A stretch of 63,162 nt of DNA, filler included, from Octopus bimaculoides (GCF_001194135.2; 6 parts of 5 records of this genome joined end to end with filler, not necessarily neighbours in it); one strand, 5' to 3'; positions 26,271-39,817 are shown, numbered from the whole stretch's first letter. Numbers and translations: made by a program. The notes: generated from the letters alone by a model not told the origin.

Positions 26271-26659
26271 TGCAACACAAAAAAAAAAAGAAAAGAAATG
26301 CCCATGAATTGTTTCTTCTCAAGCCTTCACATTCTGCACTTATTGTAATCTACTTCACTATATGCTTTAGGTAATTCACAGCAGAAAAGATTTGGTACTG
26401 CGCTGCAAAGAATAGAAAATCCGAGTTATTAGCTTTGAATTCTTTACTTCTCAACTGCCGCAGAGATTTTTTCTTAATTAATGTTTCCCCCCGTTCAATC
26501 TTCCCATATATTTGCTCTGTAGTAGTGTTTCTTGCAATGACCTCATTATGACACCTAGAAACTTCATTTTTAACTTTTGTTGTTTCTCATTTCTTACAAT
26601 TGTCATATTTCTGCTTTATATGTACTGACTTCTTCAAAGACAAAATATTTATTTCTTTA

Positions 26660-27078
26660 TTGCTCACCGGGGGCTAAACATAGAGGGGACAAATAAGGAC
26701 AGACAAAGGGATTAAGTCGATTACATCAACACCAGTGCGAAACTGGTACTTTTTAAATCGACCTCGAAAGGACGAAAGGCAAATCGACCTCGGCGTAATT
26801 TGAACTCAGTACGTAAATACAAACGAAATACGGTAAGCATTTCGCCTGGCGTGCTACGACTCTGCCAGTTCGCCGCATTTTGTCGTCAAGTTCGGGGGTG
26901 GGGATAAGCTAGTTGATAACATCAATCCCAGTGTTCAACTAGTACTTATTTTATCGATCCTGAAAGGATAAAAGACGGAGTCAACCCCGGTAGGATTTGA
27001 ACTAAGAACGTAATGTCGGAAGGAACGCCACTGAGCATTTTTTGCAGCAGCGGTAACGACTCTGCCAGCTCGCCGCCA
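26660..27078 (-). mobile_element. Two tandem tRNA-headed SINEs, family C
   Basis: Reverse complements of the family C head end at about 26878 and 27075. Confidence 0.8.
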
Positions 27079-27137
27079 ATCAAAGACAACATATTGATAT
27101 AATACAGTTCTATATTTAAGAGTTGAGGAATTATGTA

Positions 27138-27392
27138 CATTATTTACATTATTTACATTTGACGGATATTTATCCTCATCTTGTTTGTTGTTAACACAAC
27201 GTTTCGGCTGATATACTCTCCAGCCTTCATCTGTTGTATTGGGGAAATTTCGAACCTTAGGAATGAGAACCCAGGTTCGAAATTTCGCCAAGACACCTGA
27301 TGAAGGCTGGAGGGTATATCAGTCGAAATGTTGTGTTAACAACAAACGAGATGAGGAGAAATATTTGTCGTATGTAAACAATGTAAATAATG
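27138..27392. repeat. 255-bp imperfect palindrome (about 120-bp arms, 15-nt spacer); probable inverted Penelope pLTR pair, each arm with a hammerhead motif
   Basis: Left arm 27138-27257 is the reverse complement of 27273-27392; spacer TAGGAATGAGAACCC. Confidence 0.9.
27292..27337 (+). ncRNA. Minimal type-I hammerhead ribozyme motif
   Basis: GACAC-CTGATGA-A-GGCTG(GAGGGTATAT)CAGTC-GAAA-T-GTT-GTGTT: intact CUGAUGA and GAAA cores, stem I GACAC/GTGTT, stem II GGCTG/CAGTC, loopless stem III (ACGT in the other arm). Confidence 0.7.
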
Positions 27393-27454
27393 CATGTTGA
27401 TATAACTTTTGACTTTTACAGGTTTCATTCATTGGATTGCAGCAACGCTGGGAC

Positions 27455-27780
27455 TCCACATCGAAGGGTTTGGCAAAAAGAAAAAAGAAAAAGAAATCCA
27501 CCTCAGGACTAATTTTTAAGTCTGGTATTTATTCTATCGGACCTCTTTTGCCGAACCACTAAGTTACTGCCACATGACCACACGCACACACACACACACA
27601 CATTTGTATAATGGGTTTCCACACCATATTCGTCCACCAAATTCACTCACAAGGCATTAGTCAGCCGGGGTTGTGGTGGCTTTAGTAGAAGACACCTACA
27701 AGAGGTGCTGCACAGAGGAACTGAACCTAAAACCACGTGGTTGCAAAGCAAGCTTCTTAGCCACACAGACATCCCGGCAC
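27455..27780 (-). mobile_element. tRNA-headed SINE, family A
   Basis: Diverged match to family A. Confidence 0.7.
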
Positions 27781-28509
27781 CTTTACGTTTTATTCGTCTT
27801 TCATTGTTATTTAGATACATTCCCCATTATTCTTAACTTGGTATTCGTGTAATGCTAAATTAGTTATTTTATAAAATCTTTTTTGTCGTAAAAGGCCCCT
27901 GCATCCATATATTTGTGATACGTAGAGAATTTTGCATGGTGTAGTCTAAATGGAATCATTATTATTATTACTGTCTAGTCAGGCTAATTCACTTAACATC
28001 ACATTGAGAATATTGTATTTATAACTTATTAGTGAGATAGATAGAGTATTGATGCCTGTTGCTTTATGTTTGGCGTTTAGCTCTGTTTTAAGTACTAATC
28101 TGATTCATTTAAATTACTTCCTGAACTTTTTTCATTTGTGTGTGCTCTACTCTGTCAAATTTATTAACTCCTAAATATTTGTAATTTAAAAAAAACTTAT
28201 TTGTTATCTGAAATGATGTAAGTGTTTTTAATTTGCTTTTGTCTCTTCTCTATTGCGTTGGGGGAAATTTCTGGTTCGAATTTCATATCCTTGTACTGTC
28301 TGCTGCAACAAAACTAGTTGCCTAATCATTTGCAGTCTTCCATTTGTGGTTAGCATTATAAGAAAATATGGTTGATTGTTCTCCCATACCATTTGTATCC
28401 AAGTGCAGTTTGAATTAACCACATTGGTCACACACCTTGCAGAAAAGGAGAGGAGAGAAAGCCTACTCTTGGAATGTTCATTTTCTGATAGAGATGAAAT
28501 TAGTATTTA

Positions 28510-29318
28510 CTTGCAGAGAAACCCAGCCTTGCTCGGGATTAAAATAGCATAATTTTTTTTATTGTTTTACTTGTTTCGGTATTAAAACCCGATTTCATTC
28601 GGGTCTACTCGGGCCACATTTTAAAGATGAGGAATTCCACCCCCACCCACCCAAACAAAAAAGAAAATCTTATTAAAAATTGGTAATGAAGAAAAGAATG
28701 CCAAATGTTTAAACAGTCTTTGAGAAGCGATTGGAGAAACCTCGCGAATGCAGATGTGAAGGGCAAAGAATGACGGGAAAATGCTGGAAAAAAAACACCA
28801 ATCAGGTCTCTGCACAAAACTGAAATAGTATAATACGACTACACTTACAATGTTTTGGACACAATATGTAGTCACACCCAACCTAATTTTGCGGAATCAG
28901 TGTCGCGACGTGAACCCATGGGTTGGGAGCTTGACTGGCAGAGGTGGTGAGGTTGCAGGGGTGGCCAGCGACGTGAAGAAGGAGGATGCAGTTGGGCTAA
29001 AAAATTGATAAACTGACAATGACTCCAGCGACGGGAGAATAATGGCGGTAGGTTCAAAAGTGTTATTGCAGGGCTTCTTTGTAGACAACGTTCCTGGTGT
29101 TGCCTGGATTACCACAAATGAAGAGATTGTGTGGACTGCCGACACGGGAGCATCCGAGGTATAGTTGACCGTGGGTAAATACCTGCTGTGTCAGATTTAG
29201 GCCAACTACTTGTAACGACTGACTCTGTGCCTTGTTGATTCTCATTGCAAAGCGTACTTTTAAGGGAAACTACCGTCACGTAAATTCAAATGGCACGGCC
29301 GAGGGACTAAGGCTCATG
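28510..29318 (-). mobile_element. 3' end of a once-autonomous Helitron (RepHel C-terminus, 3' UTR and terminal hairpin)
   Basis: Helicase C-terminus at 29063-29318; minus-strand terminus CCCGAGCAAGGCTGGG-TTTCTCTG-CAAG|T (CTAG mutated) at 28510-28537. Confidence 0.85.
29063..29318 (-). pseudogene. Helitron RepHel PIF1-family helicase C-terminal fragment
   Basis: LSPSAVPFEFT*R*FPLKVRFAMRINKAQSQSLQVVGLNLTQQVFTHGQLYLGCSRVGSPHNL...TRNVVYKEALQ*: PIF1 motifs V (FAMTINKAQGQSL) and VI (HGQLYVAxSRV) with in-frame stops. Confidence 0.9.
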
Positions 29319-30649
29319 NNNNNNNNNNNNNNNNNNNNNNNNNNNNNNNNNNNNNNNNNNNNNNNNNNNNNNNNNNNNNNNNNNNNNNNNNNNNNNNNNN
29401 NNNNNNNNNNNNNNNNNNNNNNNNNNNNNNNNNNNNNNNNNNNNNNNNNNNNNNNNNNNNNNNNNNNNNNNNNNNNNNNNNNNNNNNNNNNNNNNNNNNN
29501 NNNNNNNNNNNNNNNNNNNNNNNNNNNNNNNNNNNNNNNNNNNNNNNNNNNNNNNNNNNNNNNNNNNNNNNNNNNNNNNNNNNNNNNNNNNNNNNNNNNN
29601 NNNNNNNNNNNNNNNNNNNNNNNNNNNNNNNNNNNNNNNNNNNNNNNNNNNNNNNNNNNNNNNNNNNNNNNNNNNNNNNNNNNNNNNNNNNNNNNNNNNN
29701 NNNNNNNNNNNNNNNNNNNNNNNNNNNNNNNNNNNNNNNNNNNNNNNNNNNNNNNNNNNNNNNNNNNNNNNNNNNNNNNNNNNNNNNNNNNNNNNNNNNN
29801 NNNNNNNNNNNNNNNNNNNNNNNNNNNNNNNNNNNNNNNNNNNNNNNNNNNNNNNNNNNNNNNNNNNNNNNNNNNNNNNNNNNNNNNNNNNNNNNNNNNN
29901 NNNNNNNNNNNNNNNNNNNNNNNNNNNNNNNNNNNNNNNNNNNNNNNNNNNNNNNNNNNNNNNNNNNNNNNNNNNNNNNNNNNNNNNNNNNNNNNNNNNN
30001 NNNNNNNNNNNNNNNNNNNNNNNNNNNNNNNNNNNNNNNNNNNNNNNNNNNNNNNNNNNNGATATGGAGGAAGACAGGGTGATATCCGAAAGAGAGGAAC
30101 GACAAACACTTGTCAAAGTCTGGGTTTTGTAGTCCTAGTAACCACAGCTTTTGAGATGGAGATTTCTAACCTAGTCCAGTCGCTTCCTCGCCTCATTTTA
30201 CATGTCCCTGTAAATTTTCGCCGCAATCCGAGCACGCCTACTGCCATTGAACCCTGCATAACCACTAAATGAGACACGCAAACATACAACTTTCGGCCAT
30301 TTCACTTTTATATAGAGAGATAAATTCCATTTTTTCCTTTGTACCTTCTGAACCGTTTGCTACTTCTCGAATTATTAGTTATATCTGTTCGCGATTGGTA
30401 CTACCTTATTCATGAATAATGTTTCCAAAATTCACGCGAGGAAATATCTCCGAAAGCCATATATAAATCATTTCATGCTATGTCCGGCACACTTTTTTTC
30501 CTTACTTTTCACTAATAGCTTTGTTGATCTGTAATTAAATTTTATAATCGTATGAGTCTTTGAAGCATTCATCTAATCTGATTGTGAACTTTTTTTCGAA
30601 ACGTTTATTATTGCTTGTTATTACAATAATATTATTGCAGTTAAAGCAT

Positions 30650-32350
30650 TGTAAGCTGTAATGAAGCGGGATCTAACAAAAGTTCTCTGCTAGATCTTCC
30701 ATAATCATTATTGTTAGCTGCAGCTCGGAATTCTTCCTCTTTTCCACTTACACAGATGGTAGGTAATCAAAATAATGTGAACGGACGTTTGACATTAAAT
30801 GAAACTTATGTACATGCTGTATACATAAATTCCTGTATACATTCGCGATGGCAGTTAAGGAATCCGGGGAATGGAAACTGTCGGCCCCGTAGACATCTTC
30901 AGACAGCATTCAGGCATACCCCTTGAATTAAAGATGTTACATTTGCACTTACGGGAAAATCTTTGCCCCGCATCTTCTTTGTTGGTGGCGAGTATGTATA
31001 TGTGAGGACAGCGGTAAAGAAACCTAAATGCTGCACTTGTAAAAGTACACATTGTTTCAATGATTTCTGCACAGTGGTGAAACATGGGGAACCTGAGATC
31101 TGCTTTGCCGCCATCGCTCATACCGCAGATACATCAACAATAACAACAGAAAGCGCAGCAACACAAACAACGTTATCAGCACGTCCGATAAGCGGGTCTG
31201 TTTTACACATAATTGTGGTTGTGTTTACAATAATTTTCACAGTGGCTTTCCTTGCTAAAAGAACAGTAAACACTACTAACAAGGAAGGGAGAAGCATTGA
31301 ATAAATCCCTTTAAAAGAAAAAAAATCCTTTAATCTCCGAATACACACAAAAGTGAATTCGAACAAGATAAACAGAATTTTATAAAGGTAAACGAAATAA
31401 AAAGTCGCAAAAACATCAGGTACATCCTTAAGTACAGATAATGGTAATTCAATATCCAAAGGCGTAAATTTGCACGACAGACAAAAGCAGCAGCAGCAGC
31501 AGTAGCAGCAGCAACAACAACTATATATCAACAGCACACAACAATAACAAAATAAAAACTCCCTCGAAGACTCGAGCAAGACAAAGACCTTTGATAAAAA
31601 ACGTACAAGATACACAAGAAGTTCACAGAACAAGGATGGCAAGATTCTCATATTACAGTGAATTTTATGCAAATTTTGAGCAGCAACTGTTAAAATATCC
31701 TTTCGAGGAACCTACACTTAACTCCGTGTCCAGGTGTCTAACATGAACTCCTTAACCGAATCATAGACGACGGCAATTAGAATGAGGAAATGGGGGGGAA
31801 AAAAGTCTTTTACAGTAACATCAACAGCAAAAAGCAGACTACGAACCAGTCCCACTTCTTTATAAGGAGGGGACCTGACGGAGTCGAAGAAGATCGTCTG
31901 ACTTACTGAAAAACTTATAAAAGACCTTATTCCAAATGGAAAAAAATTGGAACAGGTGAAGAAGGGCAAGAAATTGTACACTTCTTCAGATGTACCCCTA
32001 CTTGCACATTTTTTAAAGGAGGAATGCCTCTTCTTTGTAAGAGAGTTGGGTTCGCTCTAGTAAGGAGGAGGAGGAGGAGAAATCTCCGGTGAAGAGAAGC
32101 ACGTCTCTCGTGAAGTGGAACCTATCACGATCTTAAATGAAATCGTTTTTACAGCTCTTTACAAAGTCAGCTCGGAGAAAGTGGAGGACATGTCAGATGC
32201 CCGAGGATGATCAAGAGGAAATGCTGGTCTAATGGTTCAATTTGAATATATTGAACTATCGGATCGGTTATTAAGTAAGTATATCTCTCCGTTGTATATG
32301 TTTCAATTGAATTGTACTTTGGCATAACAATTTTAATCGCTGAGTTATGG
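30650..32350 (+). mobile_element. Decayed ORF1/gag-like relic with CCHC-like knuckle
   Basis: Same frame 30711-31304 with one stop: IKDVTFALTGKSLPRIFFVGGEYVYVRTAVKKPKCCTCKSTHCFNDFC (C-x2-C-x3-H-x5-C), then T/S-rich and poly-Q low-complexity coding-like sequence. Confidence 0.4.
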
Positions 32351-32407
32351 GATCGTAAGTAACATAACACCGGCTGTCAGTGGTAGTGGTACACACATAC
32401 ACACACG

Positions 32408-32458
<51 letters not shown>

Positions 32459-33179
32459 NNNNNNNNNNNNNNNNNNNNNNNNNNNNNNNNNNNNNNNNNN
32501 NNNNNNNNNNNNNNNNNNNNNNNNNNNNNNNNNNNNNNNNNNNNNNNNNNNNNNNNNNNNNNNNNNNNNNNNNNNNNNNNNNNNNNNNNNNNNNNNNNNN
32601 NNNNNNNNNNNNNNNNNNNNNNNNNNNNNNNNNNNNNNNNNNNNNNNNNNNNNNNNNNNNNNNNNNNNNNNNNNNNNNNNNNNNNNNNNNNNNNNNNNNN
32701 NNNNNNNNNNNNNNNNNNNNNNNNNNNNNNNNNNNNNNNNNNNNNNNNNNNNNNNNNNNNNNNNNNNNNNNNNNNNNNNNNNNNNNNNNNNNNNNNNNNN
32801 NNNNNNNNNNNNNNNNNNNNNNNNNNNNNNNNNNNNNNNNNNNNNNNNNNNNNNNNNNNNNNNNNNNNNNNNNNNNNNNNNNNNNNNNNNNNNNNNNNNN
32901 NNNNNNNNNNNNNNNNNNNNNNNNNNNNNNNNNNNNNNNNNNNNNNNNNNNNNNNNNNNNNNNNNNNNNNNNNNNNNNNNNNNNNNNNNNNNNNNNNNNN
33001 NNNNNNNNNNNNNNNNNNNNNNNNNNNNNNNNNNNNNNNNNNNNNNNNNNNNNNNNNNNAACTGGATCCTATAAAGGAGCTGTTGTGGTAGCAGACCACG
33101 AAACATGGTTGAAATTCCTTCCTTGTTTTTATTGCTACTTTTATGCAATCTGTAAATTATTCTAAATCAGAAATCATTA

Positions 33180-33296
33180 CCTATTCCAGCTGTTGTTGTT
33201 GTTGTTGTTGTCGGGTATCGTCACCGTCGGCCATCATTATCATCATCGGCGTCGTCACCACAACCACCACGACCAACACCATCATCATAACTACTA

Positions 33297-33331
<35 letters not shown>

Positions 33332-33745
33332 CACATCCTCCTCCTCCTCCTCCTCCTCTTTTCACTAGTTTCTCCCCAGCTTCTGCTGTTCTACCAACTG
33401 TGCGTTCATGTTCCTGAGATGCGTGCAGCATTGTATTTTGGGGGGGAAGTGTAGACTTCATGTGGGGGTACGTTACATCTGTTTTAAAGTTGTTGCGGAA
33501 TGTATTTTGTTTTTCTTGGCGATATTTTAGTGTTTCGGCTGTTTGGGGTATAGAATATGTTCTGTGTGGACTCTCCCCACAACATAAATAACAGCAACAG
33601 CAGCAGCAACAACAACAATAATAACAATAACCTTAATTAGAAAATATATTCACAAGAATAACTCCATAAAAAAACAAATAAAAAATATGCAAATAGAGCA
33701 ACAGCAACTGCAAGAACAACTAACAAAAATAACAACAACAACAAT
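33180..33745. repeat. Mixed trinucleotide low-complexity block
   Basis: (TTG)n,(CGT)n,(CCT)n,(CAA)n direct reading. Confidence 0.9.
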
Positions 33746-33901
33746 ACCTCTCTCCCTTTTCTCTTTTACTCTCTTTTACTTGTTTCAGTCATTTGACTGC
33801 GGCCATGCTGGAGCACCGCCTTTAGTCGAGCAAATCGACCCCAGGACTTATTCTTTGTAAGCCTAGTACTTATTCTATCGAGTCTCTTTTGNNNNNNNNN
33901 N

Positions 33902-33958
<57 letters not shown>

Positions 33959-34859
33959 AGGCAATTTCGATGTTTTGAAAAGCGTCAGAATGATCTCTAG
34001 AATGCTTCAATGTGAAATTGCCCAATTTGCTTCCGATCAACCTGATCATTGTAGAGAGGAATATATATTTTTTTCGGATAAGGATAGCACAGGATTTCCA
34101 CAATTAAAGATATTCGGCATCCAGAGCACAAGCTTGTGATTAAGTATGGTCAATGTAGAAAGTATGCATGGACAGGGCTTAGTTACTCGAAATTGAACGC
34201 GTAATTTCAGTCGCGGAACTGCCCACAGAGATTGGGTTACTGAGCCACTTAAACTTGAGTCAACAAGGGTGATAGCCAACTACCGGTAGTAGATAGAATC
34301 GCTTGTGCGTCGGATGAAATACTTAGCGGTATTACTTCAAATCTTTACGTTCTGAGTTCAAATTCCTTTCCGGTCAACTATACCTTTTATCCTTTCGTCA
34401 TCGATAAAATAAGGACCAGTTGAATAATAAGGGTGTGTGTGTGGGGTGGTAATTGACTAGCTCCTTGCCTTCAAATTTCAAGCTCTATGCCTATATTATA
34501 ATGAATTATCATGCCGATGTTTCATGTTACATTTATGTATTAAGCAGAACAAGAGGAGACACGTGGGCTAAAGAGGCGTTTGAAGAGGTTACAGAATGCG
34601 CGACGTAAAGACTTTGGCAAAGTAACTATAATAATAATAATAATAATAATAATAAAGACCAAATATATAGTGCGTGTGTGAGTTTCATTGGCAAAATATG
34701 ACCATCCCCAAGTATAACAATATATATTATGTGTTTATTGTTATTGTTGTTCTTACATATTTACATGATATAACCTCAACTTTTCTTTCTTCTTTCTATG
34801 TTTTTCTTTTGTTGTTGCATTAGCCTTTTTTACTGTTTCAAACACATTGGATTTTATAC

Positions 34860-34988
34860 GGCCAATAAAATAATCAATCATGATCATCACCATAATCATC
34901 ATCACCACTAGCATCACTGTTATCATCATCATCATCATCATCATCGTCGTCGTCGTCCTCGTCGTCGTTGTTATTGTTGATGCCGATA

Positions 34989-35040
<52 letters not shown>

Positions 35041-35060
35041 CAATGGTAATGATGGGTATA
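34860..35060. repeat. (CAT)n/(GAT)n microsatellite block
   Basis: Direct reading. Confidence 0.95.
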
Positions 35061-35375
35061 ATTGTTATTAAGATCACGACAATACTTTCTGAAACAGACA
35101 TGAAAATCTCACATTCGCTTAATGTTCTGAGAGAAAATCATAAAGGTCACAGACCTCTTCATTAAACACCCCGTCCCCGTACACTGGAACATATATGCGT
35201 GCGTATGTATATAAGTGTGTGTGTATGTGTGTATATATGTGTATATATATACGGGTGTCAAAGTGAATATGTGTGTATGTGTATGTGTGTATGAATATAT
35301 AGACGTACACACACACACACACATACATACATACATACAAACATACATACATACATACATACATACATACATACA

Positions 35376-35408
<33 letters not shown>

Positions 35409-36104
35409 GCATAAGCATTCAAAGTGTAAACTATGATTTGTTGTGGCTTACGTAGTTTGAAAGAAGAAATCCAACGCGGACGACAGAAAGATAAATAAAC
35501 ACAGTTGATTTATTTATTTATTTATTTATTTAAACAAGAAATATAATTGGTTGATATGTTGATTAATTTGATACGATGATCAAATGATCAATATATATCA
35601 TTATATATTATATACGTATATATNNNNNNNNNNNNNNNNNNNNNNNNNNNNNNNNNNNNNNNNNNNNNNNNNNNNNNNNNNNNNNNNNNNNNNNNNNNNN
35701 NNNNNNNNNNNNNNNNNNNNNNNNNNNNNNNNNNNNNNNNNNNNNNNNNNNNNNNNNNNNNNNNNNNNNNNNNNNNNNNNNNNNNNNNNNNNNNNNNNNN
35801 NNNNNNNNNNNNNNNNNNNNNNNNNNNNNNNNNNNNNNNNNNNNNNNNNNNNNNNNNNNNNNNNNNNNNNNNNNNNNNNNNNNNNNNNNNNNNNNNNNNN
35901 NNNNNNNNNNNNNNNNNNNNNNNNNNNNNNNNNNNNNNNNNNNNNNNNNNNNNNNNNNNNNNNNNNNNNNNNNNNTATATATATATATGTACATGCATAT
36001 ATATATACAAACATATATATAATGTATATACATATATATATGTATATATATATATTTACATAGTATATATGTATATAATGTTTATACATATATATATATA
36101 TGTA

Positions 36105-36153
<49 letters not shown>

Positions 36154-37951
36154 AGACACACACACATTTGTATTTTAATGTTTCGCTTAGGCATAGGCAT
36201 ACCAGGTTATCACCTGGTGTTAAAACTCAATATATGATTCAGAATAAACCGTCGGTCGAGTAAAAAAAACATTATATGAAATTAAATAAGCAACAAGAAA
36301 TAATGCAATGAACTTCATAAGCTTACAGTTGTTCTTCCTATAGGATGTAGTGCACTCACTAGGTGCTTGTGCATTAGTTTGTAGTTTCTTCGGAACTCCT
36401 AACTCAAGTGCACACTTCCTTTTAAAAGTTCCGGGGAAGCTATAACGTGACGCAGAAACACTCAGCTGTGAGTGCATTACAGCCTATAGCAGAAACAGGT
36501 GTAGCCTAATGAAGTTCAGTGCATGATTTCCTTTTCCATTCATTTACTTATATATATATATATATNNNNNNNNNNNNNNNNNNNNNNNNNNNNNNNNNNN
36601 NNNNNNNNNNNNNNNNNNNNNNNNNNNNNNNNNNNNNNNNNNNNNNNNNNNNNNNNNNNNNNNNNNNNNNNNNNNNNNNNNNNNNNNNNNNNNNNNNNNN
36701 NNNNNNNNNNNNNNNNNNNNNNNNNNNNNNNNNNNNNNNNNNNNNNNNNNNNNNNNNNNNNNNNNNNNNNNNNNNNNNNNNNNNNNNNNNNNNNNNNNNN
36801 NNNNNNNNNNNNNNNNNNNNNNNNNNNNNNNNNNNNNNNNNNNNNNNNNNNNNNNNNNNNNNNNNNNNNNNNNNNNNNNNNNNNNNNNNNNNNNNNNNNN
36901 NNNNNNNNNNNNNNNNNNNNNNNNNNNNNNNNNNNNNNNNNNNNNNNNNNNNNNNNNNNNNNNNNNNNNNNNNNNNNNNNNNNNNNNNNNNNNNNNNNNN
37001 NNNNNNNNNNNNNNNNNNNNNNNNNNNNNNNNNNNNNNNNNNNNNNNNNNNNNNNNNNNNNNNNNNNNNNNNNNNNNNNNNNNNNNNNNNNNNNNNNNNN
37101 NNNNNNNNNNNNNNNNNNNNNNNNNNNNNNNNNNNNNNNNNNNNNNNNNNNNNNNNNNNNNNNNNNNNNNNNNNNNNNNNNNNNNNNNNNNNNNNNAATG
37201 ATGACAAAATTTTATATACATATATTCGCGTGCGCACACATACGCACATATTCATATATGTATTTATATATCGTGGTATGTGTTGCGCGGGAAAAATAAA
37301 GGTGACGAATTTTTTTTTTTAACTGTTTGGGTTGGAAAATGATCAGCAGGCGAGAAGAACGTGTTGCGGTTACAGTCTGTTTTGGTTGTGATTGAGTGAA
37401 TACAGAGAAAAATATACAGAAGAAATCACATGAAATAGGAAGGTTCATATTGTGCGAGTAAGAAGAAAATTTACGACAGTGGCAACGATAAAGGTAGAAG
37501 AAAGAAACAGGAAAAAAGAAAAATAAATGAAAGACGGTAAAAATAAAATACTGAATGAAAGAAGAGAAACGGGTAGATAGAACTGGAGAACGAATGGGTA
37601 GAAGGACGAATGGAAGGAAGAAATGAAAGAATTTCTATGTGAATACAAATAAAAGATAGAACGATAAACGGAGCAGGAGGGACAGGCTGAGGATGAAGAG
37701 AGACTAGAAGAGCAAAGTAGAGGGACGCGGAGAGGTTGTCGAAAGTGGGGAGGTTGTTATAAGAAAAACAGAAGAAAGGCAGAGAATAATCGCAGTAAAG
37801 AAGAAAGTCGTGGAAAAGTTATCTCGGTGTTATTTTTGTTGGATACGGTCAGATTTACTGCTATATACCCAACAATTACGGCGGAAAGCTCTTGCAAGTC
37901 TAACGTGTCACGCACAAACACACGAATACGCACAGGTCGACACACAAGCAG

Positions 37952-37987
<36 letters not shown>

Positions 37988-38168
37988 GCGCGCGAATATA
38001 TACACATATACATACACACATACTATCGCGCGTATCATATAAACAGAAATACACACTCGCGCACGCACGCACGCACGTGTATTGACACGCATATATAAAC
38101 ATCCACCCACACACACATATACACACATATATACACGTACATATACACGTACGTACATACATACATAT

Positions 38169-38217
<49 letters not shown>

Positions 38218-39079
38218 GCGTATATACGTATGTATAGAAATATATTTATGCTTATCGAAGTACATGTTCACAACAAACATACAATGTGCATAGCGAAGTT
38301 ACGCATCTAGGCGCATACTTACAGATATATAGATACAAGAGAGAGAGAGAGAAACCCCCGTTGTTCTAACATTTGGAGAGAATTAGTAAGGTGGATAGTT
38401 AGGTAGATGATTTTTCTTGAGAAATACCTTCTTTTTTTACACATTTACACATCTGTGTCTCTGCCCGTCGATCGATCTCTCGACGAGCTCATAGCATCTC
38501 CTGTCACTCAGGCGCACAGACAAGCCTGTATGTCTGCAATCTACTACCTATGTCTTTGTACATGCGCCGAGCGTGAGTACCCTAAGAGTGTGCGAAGAAC
38601 GGCAAGACAAATACAAAACAAGATATACGGACGAGTCCTAACGAATGTAGTTAAGTGATAAAAAGAAAAGAAAAAAAAAAATAGAAAAGGAAAAAAAATC
38701 AAGATAAAAAAAAAACAGAAATTTTTTACAAAACAACCAAAGCTAAAAAACGGAAATATTATCACAAAGTGGTCGAAAGAGAGCAGCGTAAGGACTACCA
38801 ATTTTTAACCCTAAGGAACACAACCTCCACCACTAACAGCAACGAAAACAACACCAGTATTATCACAATCAGTGCCATTATTTCCATTAGCATTATTTAG
38901 TACCGAATACAGTGCGAATATGTCGGAAAAGCGGCGCTACTCCGAATTGACACACACTTCAGTGAGACAATCTATTCCACATCACAACTGTTACGCTCTC
39001 CAATTGGCGATGCTAGGTAAGTCTCTTTTCCTCGCTCTTTCTCACACCCTCTCACTCTCTGTCTCTCCCCACTTCTCTT

Positions 39080-39111
<32 letters not shown>

Positions 39112-39231
39112 CGTCGCTGTTTCTGTCTCTACCTCGTTTCATGTCTCTCCTTTAAGAGATACAAGTCACCCGTCACCTGTGCGTTTCCCCGTACACAGGT
39201 ACTTCTTTTATATAAGTACGAACACGACCAA

Positions 39232-39324
<93 letters not shown>

Positions 39325-39700
39325 ACACACTCGCCTCACAAACGAGTAAAATATATTATGTCTATGGTTTACGATGAATCCACAGGTGTGGTGTGATATG
39401 AGACTAACTTAACTCGTCATAGATACATATTTCCTTATTTTTTCCTCTTCCTATTCTTCTTCTTCTTCTTCTTCTTCTTCTTCTTCTTCTTCACATAGAC
39501 ATTTCTTGTTTTTTTCTTTTACACAGACATTGTCATCATTATGATTCATAATATTCTTCTGCAAGAATAATTGGACTCTTATGTAAACACACACACACAC
39601 ACACACACACACATTTTGACAGGTGATATACACGAAACGCCAGCTTCAGAGAAACAGCTCTCGTATCCATGAATGACGTGTTTTAGTGTATGTGTATATA

Positions 39701-39737
<37 letters not shown>

Positions 39738-39775
39738 CTTGTCTGTCTGTCTATCTACAGACGCATAGACACACC

Positions 39776-39817
<42 letters not shown>

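Noticed and set aside
28870-29060. Possible AP-endonuclease relic (PNPW/GSRRDTDSA) after the Helitron helicase, which would suggest a Helentron-like element
   Set aside because: Only a weak, frameshift-dependent resemblance; no GDFN or other core motifs; lies after the helicase stop
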